Shown here piece by piece: positions 57,140-64,000 of a stretch of DNA of 64,000 nucleotides; position 1 is the stretch's first letter; every line of letters starts with the position of its first letter. This DNA comes from a virus. The notes below the pieces were generated by a model. It ran no database searches. It saw only the letters and a program-made list of their open reading frames with translations, and had not been told where the DNA came from. The DNA lies in the IMG/VR virus record IMGVR_UViG_3300042731_009106, positions 64,001 through 128,000 of that record; one strand, 5' to 3'. The position numbers were made by a program, and so were the translations under genes.

Positions 57140-57511
57140 CTAGCAATTCATTGTAACTTCGCCATTATCGTCATCCCAACTTCCATTAAGAAACTTTTCA
57201 GCAGTTTTGTATTCATCTGAATCTGAGTTTAAGCTATCTTTGTAATCTTGTATTTGACCTCTAATCCCGGCAGAATAAGGAGTTGGGCCTAAGTTATCAA
57301 AACAAGACCCTTTATCTAACTTTTCTACAGGAACAATTAGCGGGCAATTTGGGTCATTTAAAAAGTTTTCTAAATGTCTATGAAATGCATTAGCTGCATT
57401 AAAACCTTCAGCTTCTAAAGCTGCTCTGGTTGCACTACTAATTTGAGGCGGACATGAGGCAAAATCGTCCTTATACCTTTCACGTTGAGCATTGTTTTGT
57501 ATCGTTGTCAT
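57140..57511 (-). CDS. Orphan hypothetical protein
   Basis: 123 aa with own GTGTA motif and terminator. Confidence 0.7.
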   Translation of the reverse strand: MTTIQNNAQRERYKDDFASCPPQISSATRAALEAEGFNAANAFHRHLENFLNDPNCPLIVPVEKLDKGSCFDNLGPTPYSAGIRGQIQDYKDSLNSDSDEYKTAEKFLNGSWDDDNGEVTMNC

Positions 57512-57519
57512 ATTTATTT

Positions 57520-57525
57520 ATACAC
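57520..57525 (-). promoter_or_regulatory. GTGTAW phage motif
   Basis: TACAC at 57521..57525, 9 nt from ATG 57511. Confidence 0.65.
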
Positions 57526-57539
57526 AAGTTTATTATATT

Positions 57540-57545
57540 GTGTAA
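57540..57545 (+). promoter_or_regulatory. GTGTAW phage motif
   Basis: GTGTA ends 10 nt before ATG 57555; back-to-back with the minus copy. Confidence 0.65.
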
Positions 57546-57554
57546 TTCATCTTC

Positions 57555-57749
57555 ATGAATGAAAAACAATTACAACTTGCATTAATTAAAAAAGATAGGC
57601 AAATTTCCGACTTATATGCATTAATTGACACCCTGCAAACCAACTTGAGAACGGCTACCAGCTATTTGTCTGAAAAAGATAAATCTGAAGTAGTTAATGT
57701 TCAAAGTTATAAATGGTGCATGAATTGGCGTCAAGGTGACGAAATTTAG
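57555..57749 (+). CDS. Small coiled-coil protein
   Basis: 64 aa ORF. Confidence 0.65.
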   Translation: MNEKQLQLALIKKDRQISDLYALIDTLQTNLRTATSYLSEKDKSEVVNVQSYKWCMNWRQGDEI

Positions 57750-57751
57750 TC

Positions 57752-57780
57752 TTGAATAATTCATTTTTTTAAGTTATAAT
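57752..57780 (+). promoter_or_regulatory. Sigma70-like promoter
   Basis: TTGAAT-17-TATAAT; ATG 57788. Confidence 0.7.
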
Positions 57781-57787
57781 ATAGGTT

Positions 57788-58333
57788 ATGTACAATTACC
57801 TAATTGACCATAATAAAGAGTTCATTTATTACGTCACCCCAAAATGCGCTTCAAGGACATTTTTTGACATCCTTAATTTTAAAGGTGGTGAAGAAAGACC
57901 TCTTAGCCTCAAACATGAAGAGTATTTTTCTTGGACTTTTGTGCGCAATCCTTATGCTAGAGTTGTATCTGCATATCAAAATAAAGTTGTCGATAAATTT
58001 CAAAGTGGTTTAGATGAATTTAGGCACTTAACTTCTTTTGAAGATTTTGTTCAAGCGATAAGTAAAATTGATATAAATAAAGCTGATCGACACATTCGAC
58101 CAATGAACACTTTTTTTCCAGAGTCCATTAGTTATGTAGGTAAACTAGAAAACTTAAATTCTGACTTTGATTTTATTTGTGATAAAATTAATCTACCAAA
58201 AGTAAACTTACCTCATTTAAATAAAAGTTTAAGCAAAGACTACACAGAGTATTACAATACAGAAACTCAATCAATAGTCAACAAAATATATAGCAAAGAT
58301 TTAGATATTTTTAAATATTCTTACGGAGATTAG
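57788..58333 (+). CDS. Sulfotransferase family 2 protein
   Basis: VTPKCASRT, FVRNPYARVVSAY, DRHIRP. Confidence 0.85.
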   Translation: MYNYLIDHNKEFIYYVTPKCASRTFFDILNFKGGEERPLSLKHEEYFSWTFVRNPYARVVSAYQNKVVDKFQSGLDEFRHLTSFEDFVQAISKIDINKADRHIRPMNTFFPESISYVGKLENLNSDFDFICDKINLPKVNLPHLNKSLSKDYTEYYNTETQSIVNKIYSKDLDIFKYSYGD

Positions 58334-58338
58334 ATTTT

Positions 58339-59094
58339 ATGGGTAAAGGTATCTCAATAGCTTTCATTACTTCAGTATTTGGATACAATGGCAATGACCC
58401 TAAAAAATTTGAAAAAATTAAAGGGGCTCAATATTTTTTATTTACAGATAGGCCTGAATCTAGCTTCGATACTGATTGGGAAATCATTAATGTTGCAGGT
58501 ATCCTAGATATTGCTAATTTAGATTGCAATGTAAAAAAATCTAGATATTGCAAATTTATGGGCTGGAGTGTGCTAGAGGCAATGGGTGGCGTTTTTGATT
58601 ATGTTTATTATTGCGATGTTCATTTAAGCCCAAATCATCATTTAAATTGGCCAGAGCTTTCCAAATACATATCTCATCATGATTTTCCCTTTACTCAAGA
58701 TGTCCATATTGATCCCGAAATAAGAAAAAAAGGAATCAAACAAGAACTTAAAGCAATAATCAAACATGAACGAGATACTGTAGAGCAAGTTGACAAAACA
58801 ACACGATATCTTGAAAAATGGTTTCCAGATGTAGACTTAGATTCTCCTAAGTTTTTTCAAAATACTGTTTTTGGCTACGAATATCAATCCAAATTAGTAA
58901 GGCTTATTTTTGCAACATTTTGGGGACATTACTCAAGAAATGACATTACCTTCAGAGATCAACCATTATGGAATGCTATTTTAAAGAAATATAAACTAAT
59001 ACCCTTTCACAAAGTCAAACTCCTAAATCGTTTTTTTGTTAAAACAGGCCTTTATGGTAAACATGGCTTAAGAGGTTTTGACGATGAAGATTAG
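58339..59094 (+). CDS. DUF616-like putative glycosyltransferase
   Basis: YFLFTD, SRYCKF, RDQPLWN. Confidence 0.55.
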   Translation: MGKGISIAFITSVFGYNGNDPKKFEKIKGAQYFLFTDRPESSFDTDWEIINVAGILDIANLDCNVKKSRYCKFMGWSVLEAMGGVFDYVYYCDVHLSPNHHLNWPELSKYISHHDFPFTQDVHIDPEIRKKGIKQELKAIIKHERDTVEQVDKTTRYLEKWFPDVDLDSPKFFQNTVFGYEYQSKLVRLIFATFWGHYSRNDITFRDQPLWNAILKKYKLIPFHKVKLLNRFFVKTGLYGKHGLRGFDDED

Positions 59095-59113
59095 TAATTT
59101 AACATAAAAAGTA

Positions 59114-60019
59114 ATGTACATAATATTAGGAAAAAACGGATATATAGCAGAAGCTATAACAAAAGAATTAAAGTCACGCGATTTACCTCATATCGCGCTT
59201 AGTCGCACAGATGTAGATTATACAAATATGAAAATTTTTGATAATTGGCTATCAAATACTGTATACAAAAAAACAGTGAAACATCATAATGTTTCTATCA
59301 TTAATTGCGCGGGATATATCGGTAAACCAAATGTGGATGCTTGCGAGCTAAATAAAGCAGATACAGTTGAAGGTAATGTAATATTCCCTGCAATGCTTTC
59401 GCAACTTTGTGCAAATAAAGGATATTTATATACTCATATTTCTTCGGGATGTATTTATGGCGGGTATGAAAAAGATTTCACAGAAGAAGATGCGCCTAAT
59501 TTTGACTTTCAAAATGGTAGTTTTTATAGTGGGACAAAAGCTCTTGCAGAAAAAATTGTAAAACAAAATGTACCAAAGAGTTATATTTTTAGATTACGCA
59601 TACCATTTGATGAATTTGAGTCTCCACGTAATTACTTGACTAAATTATTATCTTATGACATGCTTCTAGATGCGCGTAACTCTCTTTCTCATCGTGCAGA
59701 TTTCGCAAAATACACAATTGACTTAATCGAGAAAAAAGTTCCATTTGGGATTTACAATGTGACAAATAAAGGTAGTGTTACTACCAAAGAAGTTGTAGAA
59801 CTCATGAAATGCCATTTGCGCGACAACTTAGCTTTCAAAATGCCAGATAAAGAGTTTAAATTCTTCAGTAAGTTAGATAATTTCATGCAAGAGGTTACTG
59901 CTCCTCGCTCGAATTGTGTTCTTGACACATCAAAAATTGAAAAATATATTCCCATCAGAACTGCACAAGATGCACTCAAAGATGCTCTATCTAAATATGT
60001 AATTCAAAAAGATTTATGA
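59114..60019 (+). CDS. NDP-4-keto-6-deoxysugar 3,5-epimerase/4-reductase (RmlD-like, NRS/ER type)
   Basis: LGKNGYIA, CAGYIGKPNVDACE, SSGCIY, GSFYSGTK, LRIPF-PRNYLTKL. Confidence 0.85.
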   Translation: MYIILGKNGYIAEAITKELKSRDLPHIALSRTDVDYTNMKIFDNWLSNTVYKKTVKHHNVSIINCAGYIGKPNVDACELNKADTVEGNVIFPAMLSQLCANKGYLYTHISSGCIYGGYEKDFTEEDAPNFDFQNGSFYSGTKALAEKIVKQNVPKSYIFRLRIPFDEFESPRNYLTKLLSYDMLLDARNSLSHRADFAKYTIDLIEKKVPFGIYNVTNKGSVTTKEVVELMKCHLRDNLAFKMPDKEFKFFSKLDNFMQEVTAPRSNCVLDTSKIEKYIPIRTAQDALKDALSKYVIQKDL

Positions 60020-60801
60020 ATCCTTTGGATTTGCATAATCAAAATACAGGTAAAACTATCAACGAGCGGATACAATGGTCTATGGCTCATGCTAGACTAC
60101 CTTTAAAAAAGTACTGCACAGATAAAATCAAATGCAAGCAATATATTAAAGATAAATTAGGAGAAGGTTTTACGGCTAAACTTTTAGCTTCTGCAGATAA
60201 TGTTGATACTCTTCGGTCAATTATATCAAAATCCGAAAATCATCCTAATAATTTTATATTAAAAGCCAATAATGATTCAGGCGGAACTACTTTCATTAAA
60301 GATAAAAAAATCTCAAAAGATCAACAATCATTAATTGAGAAATATAAAAATAACATATATGAGGGGTTTTTTCAAGGTGAGTGGTTTTATTCAGGCATAG
60401 AATATAAATGTTTTTCTGAAGAATTATTGGGTAATAATTTAACTGACTACAAATTTCATTGCGCTGGAGGTTCACCAAGGTTTGCAAATATTGTCAAAGA
60501 TAGAAATATTAACTCTATAAATCACATTCATGTTGATATGGAAGGTCAAGCTTTAAACTTTGAATTAGAATCTTCAATCCCACTTTCCAAAACATTTATA
60601 AAGCCATCTAACTGGGAGTTAATGAAATTAGTTGCCAAGGTATTATGTCAAGATTTTGATTACGTTAGGGTTGATTTATTTAATACAGATTTACATGATT
60701 GTTCTGACAAATCAATTTTTGTATCCGAATTAACCTTTGCTCCAATGAGAGGACATCATTGCGGTTCTGGTCAAACAGAGGCTGGCAGATTAATTTCTTG
60801 A
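60016..60801 (+). CDS. TupA-like ATP-grasp protein
   Basis: CTDKI, FILKANNDSG, DYKFHC-G, FDYVRVDLF, SELTFAP. Confidence 0.85.
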   Translation: MNPLDLHNQNTGKTINERIQWSMAHARLPLKKYCTDKIKCKQYIKDKLGEGFTAKLLASADNVDTLRSIISKSENHPNNFILKANNDSGGTTFIKDKKISKDQQSLIEKYKNNIYEGFFQGEWFYSGIEYKCFSEELLGNNLTDYKFHCAGGSPRFANIVKDRNINSINHIHVDMEGQALNFELESSIPLSKTFIKPSNWELMKLVAKVLCQDFDYVRVDLFNTDLHDCSDKSIFVSELTFAPMRGHHCGSGQTEAGRLIS

Positions 60802-60944
60802 TGTGCAATATATATATTTTTTGCGAAGGAGGCTTGGGTAACAGAATTAATACCCTAATTAATGGCTTATTTTTATCTACAGAACTTAATAGAAAACTTA
60901 TTTTAATTTGGCCTCAAACTAATTGCAAAACTTTTAAAGTGTAA
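60801..60944 (+). pseudogene. N-terminal fragment of O-fucosyltransferase/GT23-like gene
   Basis: EGGLGNRINTLINGL-NRKLILIW, then stops after 47 codons at GTG-TAA. Confidence 0.6.
60939..60944 (+). promoter_or_regulatory. GTGTAW phage motif
   Basis: GTGTA ends 9 nt before GTG 60953. Confidence 0.6.
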
Positions 60945-60952
60945 TATAATGC

Positions 60953-61492
60953 GTGGAACTTTGCAATAATACACCAGCAATCAAATGTTTTTTAAGGAGA
61001 GAATTCGTCTCCAACTCTGAAGATATACCCGATCATTTAAATTGTGTAATTTTCGGCGTTCATACAATCAAAAATCAAGCTATGACATTTGTAGCTATGA
61101 TTGAAAATGGCGCAGTATATACCAAGCTACCCTTACATGCCTTTTGTTGGCTCAAGGAAGCTCCACAAAGAGATTTGTCATTCTTAATGACTTATGACTC
61201 ATTTAGCTACTCAAACAGCGTTATTGAATACGATTATCTCAAATATATGAATTGTAAGTTTTTTGATGAAAATAAAGAATTTCATCATGGTCAATATATG
61301 TTTACCCTAGAGCCTTATGGTTCAGATCGTGCAGAAGACCCAAAGTTTTATAAACCATTTCATTTTATAAAATTAAACGAGGGCAATTTTGCCGCACAAC
61401 CAACAAATAAGATCATATGGGATGACCATATAGTAAATGATAGTGTAAAATTTATACCTAAACCCAACACGGAAATATATAACGTAGAATAG
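60953..61492 (+). CDS. Conserved phage hypothetical protein
   Basis: CFLRREF, ENGAVY-KLPLHAF, GNFAAQPTNKIIW. Confidence 0.7.
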   Translation: MELCNNTPAIKCFLRREFVSNSEDIPDHLNCVIFGVHTIKNQAMTFVAMIENGAVYTKLPLHAFCWLKEAPQRDLSFLMTYDSFSYSNSVIEYDYLKYMNCKFFDENKEFHHGQYMFTLEPYGSDRAEDPKFYKPFHFIKLNEGNFAAQPTNKIIWDDHIVNDSVKFIPKPNTEIYNVE

Positions 61493-61509
61493 AAACTTAC
61501 AAATATTAA

Positions 61510-62103
61510 ATGAAAATTGCAACAATAGGCAGTTGTCAAGCAATGGCGCTAAATTGGTATGTACATAGATTGCTGCCAGATTCTGAATGTAAATGGGTAT
61601 CACCTGAATTATTTCAATTTTGGGGAAATAAGCCCCAATACACTTCAACAAAAAGTATGTGGCAATCTCAAGCAAATCATAATATTTTTAATACGGATGA
61701 AGGTATTGATTATATAAAATCAGCAGATTATATTGTTTATCAAAAAATAAAACCTTCAACATCTGCTTCATTCAACTATGAGAAAATTGAATCCTATACA
61801 AAACCTTCAGCTCAAGTAGTATCGTTAACATATATTCATTACGATAAAAGTGCAAGTGATCCACTACAAGGAATGGTCGAACGAGAAGAACTTCTTTCAC
61901 CTGATATTAGAATCAGTAAATTAATTTCAGAACACCCTGATCGTGAAAATTTTAAATTTAATGCGAAAGGCACACATTGCAATTCAGTTGTATTTCTTGA
62001 GATATTGAGGGAAATATGTGAAAATTTTAATTGGGCTTTTTTCAACGACGAGCAATATATTAAAATTCAGGAAAAATATTACCCTTTTGGGGAAAACCTA
62101 TGA
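61510..62103 (+). CDS. WcbI-like protein
   Basis: IATIGSCQAMAL-WY; paralog of 55680. Confidence 0.55.
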   Translation: MKIATIGSCQAMALNWYVHRLLPDSECKWVSPELFQFWGNKPQYTSTKSMWQSQANHNIFNTDEGIDYIKSADYIVYQKIKPSTSASFNYEKIESYTKPSAQVVSLTYIHYDKSASDPLQGMVEREELLSPDIRISKLISEHPDRENFKFNAKGTHCNSVVFLEILREICENFNWAFFNDEQYIKIQEKYYPFGENL

Positions 62104-62115
62104 CCAACACAAATC

Positions 62116-62910
62116 ATGCAAATATTCTACGACCACGTTATTTCTAAACAAGCTGACACAGACTTTAATTATACTCTTATTTCTGCTTGGGTTGATAGTG
62201 GTGAAGAGGATGAAGCTCTAGCTACGGGTTGGTTGCCTACATATTTCTATACCGATGATTGTGAATTTGCGAAAGAGAGTGAGTCAAATAAGCGTCAAAT
62301 TTGGTGTCAATTAAGAAGCACAAGAATCGAGTGTGAAAAGTTTCGTGCAAAAAGTAAACATTTAAAAGCATTAAAATTGCAAAACTTTAAGTATCAAATA
62401 ATAAAACAAAAAGACATTTATGGAGATTTGAATGTCTTATCTACCCTTTACCAAATATACAACAAATATGTAACTTACAAAAATTACAAAGACATACTAG
62501 ATAAAGATGGTTTTATTAAACATATAATTGATGATAGTAGTCATTTTATTTTATTTATGATTGACGATAGAATTGTAGCTTGTACCGCAATGCAACAATT
62601 TGGCAATAGTTTTGTTTCGGGCTTGTTTTTTTGGGATTACGCAAATAAAGAGCTATCATTAGGCAATTTATCTAATCATCTTGAAGTTGAACTTTCAAGA
62701 GAGTATGGTTTCAAATACCTATATATCGGTGTGTATAGCGAGATACCTTCCCAATACAAATCTTACATCAAAGGAGTACAGGTTTGGACAGGAAGAAAAT
62801 GGATGTCAAATAAACGACAATTAATAAATATTGCACAGAATGATTCAAATAGTAATACATTAGAAGATTTTGTAGATTATAATAAATTTCAAAAACTATT
62901 AGAATTTTAA
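62116..62910 (+). CDS. Bpt/ATE1-like aminoacyl-tRNA-protein transferase
   Basis: LATGW, RSTRI, LYQIYNKY, FFWDY-LSLG, KYLYIG-Y-SQYK-W follow the ATE_N/ATE_C layout. Confidence 0.75.
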   Translation: MQIFYDHVISKQADTDFNYTLISAWVDSGEEDEALATGWLPTYFYTDDCEFAKESESNKRQIWCQLRSTRIECEKFRAKSKHLKALKLQNFKYQIIKQKDIYGDLNVLSTLYQIYNKYVTYKNYKDILDKDGFIKHIIDDSSHFILFMIDDRIVACTAMQQFGNSFVSGLFFWDYANKELSLGNLSNHLEVELSREYGFKYLYIGVYSEIPSQYKSYIKGVQVWTGRKWMSNKRQLINIAQNDSNSNTLEDFVDYNKFQKLLEF

Positions 62911-63504
62911 GTGATTTTATCTCATAAATATAATTTTATTTTTATCGCAATCCCCAAGACTGGAACAACAAGTGTGCAAAGAAGGTTTGAATTAATGAAC
63001 CTAGAAGGTACAAATATATGTAATACTAGAGAGCCTAACTTAACACAACCAAAACCACTTTTCACCAAACATATACCTGCTATAGAACTTAAACAAAAAT
63101 GTGAAAAATTTGACCAATATTTTAAGTTTTCATTTGTGAGAAATCCATATGCTAGAGCCGTATCTTGGGTTTTTTATCATTTAAGAAATGAAAATTATGA
63201 TTTAGAAAATTATTCTTTCAGCGAACTAATTTTAAGATGTCCACATTGGATATGGTATCCTCAACATAGGTGGATATATTCAAATGGTAATAATTTAATG
63301 AATTTTGTAGGAAAAATAGAAAGCCTTCAACAAGATTTCAACATCGTCTGCGACAAAATCGGAATCCCACAACAAAAACTGCCACACATCAATAAAAGTA
63401 ACCACAAACATTATACGGAATACTATGATAATGAAACTCGAAAAATGGTGTCAGAAAGGTATGCGGAGGATATTGAGTTTTTTGGGTATAAATTTGGCGA
63501 ATAG
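62911..63504 (+). CDS. Sulfotransferase family 2 protein
   Basis: IAIPKTGTTS, FVRNPYAR. Confidence 0.88.
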   Translation: MILSHKYNFIFIAIPKTGTTSVQRRFELMNLEGTNICNTREPNLTQPKPLFTKHIPAIELKQKCEKFDQYFKFSFVRNPYARAVSWVFYHLRNENYDLENYSFSELILRCPHWIWYPQHRWIYSNGNNLMNFVGKIESLQQDFNIVCDKIGIPQQKLPHINKSNHKHYTEYYDNETRKMVSERYAEDIEFFGYKFGE

Positions 63505-63505
63505 C

Positions 63506-63613
63506 CTAAAATATAATAATTAATTTAATTAACATAAAACAGACTTCCATTATTGCTTCGCGCTCAAGAAAGAATAGTAATAAGGTAACAATCCAATACC
63601 AATCTTTTTGCAC
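63506..63613 (-). CDS. Tiny hydrophobic peptide (35 aa, GTG start)
   Basis: MQKDWYWIVTLLLFFLEREAIMEVCFMLIKLIIIF; abuts upstream stop. Confidence 0.4.
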   Translation of the reverse strand: MQKDWYWIVTLLLFFLEREAIMEVCFMLIKLIIIF

Positions 63614-63700
63614 TTAATTATTGCTTAAAAGAATTGTCATCATTGAACCCGCTAGAGCCAAATAAAGAAACACTTGCCAAATCTCTGTGAATAATTCCAT
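63614..63700 (-). CDS. Tiny membrane peptide (28 aa)
   Basis: MELFTEIWQVFLYLALAGSMMTILLSNN; TAATG overlap with upstream gene. Confidence 0.5.
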   Translation of the reverse strand: MELFTEIWQVFLYLALAGSMMTILLSNN

Positions 63701-63957
63701 TATTTAAAAATTTTTTCGTAAATTTTAATTACATCTTGCCTACGATCTTCAAGTAGTTTTGATATTTGCGCCCATCGCTCTTCGTCCCTTGCTTCATTTT
63801 TTGCTAATTTTATTTCAATATTTCTCACATCATCACTTAACTTGCTAATTTTTGAACTCTCCTTTTTCAAATAAAAGGCAATAATTGAAACCATTGCTCC
63901 AATTACCAATAAGACAATCTCTTTAATTTCCATCGTCATTCCCCTTTTGCTTGACAC
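63700..63957 (-). CDS. Single-TM coiled-coil protein (holin/XhlA-like architecture)
   Basis: IVLLVIGAMVSIIAFYL followed by heptad repeats. Confidence 0.55.
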   Translation of the reverse strand: MSSKRGMTMEIKEIVLLVIGAMVSIIAFYLKKESSKISKLSDDVRNIEIKLAKNEARDEERWAQISKLLEDRRQDVIKIYEKIFK

Positions 63958-63993
63958 AATATCGTTGATTTGATACCTTTCATATACATAAAA

Positions 63994-63999
63994 TTACAC
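63994..63999 (-). promoter_or_regulatory. GTGTAW phage motif
   Basis: TACAC at 63995..63999, 11 nt from an ATG at 63983. Confidence 0.55.
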
Positions 64000-64000
64000 T

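Noticed and set aside
634-62221. Short antisense or nested ORFs in the six-frame track (e.g. 634, 1640, 1847, 12358, 12380, 16729, 32731, 55343, 56286, 61373)
   Set aside because: They lie within longer motif-bearing genes and have no recognisable motifs; treated as shadow ORFs
63936-63983. Programmed frameshift joining a 15-codon ORF (ATG 63983) to the TM coiled-coil gene
   Set aside because: No in-frame X-XXY-YYZ slippery site; ATGA overlap allows simple translational coupling
1-64000. Stop-codon reassignment (common in some jumbo phages)
   Set aside because: recA, dnaB, dnaE, clpC and others are full length under the standard code, and TAA, TAG and TGA all end genes at plausible positions
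1-64000. CRISPR array
   Set aside because: No regularly spaced repeat-spacer series seen; the 47-nt repeat has only two copies 905 bp apart
1-64000. Bacterial chromosome or capsule locus as the source
   Set aside because: No housekeeping operons, flippase or polymerase; phage-style small ORF runs, homing endonucleases and divergent replisome genes argue for a virus, although no capsid or terminase gene is in the window

Overview
An AT-rich, gene-dense 64 kb segment that reads as part of a large (jumbo-type) phage genome. It has a bacterial-style replisome (RecA, DnaB, DnaG, Pol III alpha core with free PHP and DEDDh genes), nucleotide enzymes, a Dcm methyltransferase, two sigma-like genes, two HNH nucleases, tRNA-Thr(UGU) and a complete tmRNA, but no housekeeping or ribosomal genes. 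An ECF sigma of the Rhodopirellula/Verrucomicrobium type suggests a PVC-superphylum host (inference). Three things stand out. (1) About 35 apparently soluble glycan-building genes lie in three blocks. They include two GT60-like initiators, GT10/GT11-like fucosyltransferases, eight sulfotransferase-like genes, WcbI-like, HtrL-like, STELLO-like and TupA-like proteins, and look like a pathway for a sulfated, fucosylated glycan, possibly on the virion. (2) There is a candidate phage proteolysis-targeting toolkit: a ClpC/ClpA ATPase with a ClpP-docking VGF loop, a tmRNA with a long basic tag (GNKSRVKAFAFKKRELALAA) and a Bpt/ATE1-like aminoacyl-tRNA-protein transferase. (3) A GTGTA[A/T] motif sits 9-13 nt upstream of 13 start codons on both strands, alongside a separate set of TTGAC-17-TAnnnT promoters. 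A 47-nt non-coding-like direct repeat, a UvsE-fold protein lacking its metal ligands and a phage porin are also present. All family assignments come from motif recognition by eye; no database searches were run.
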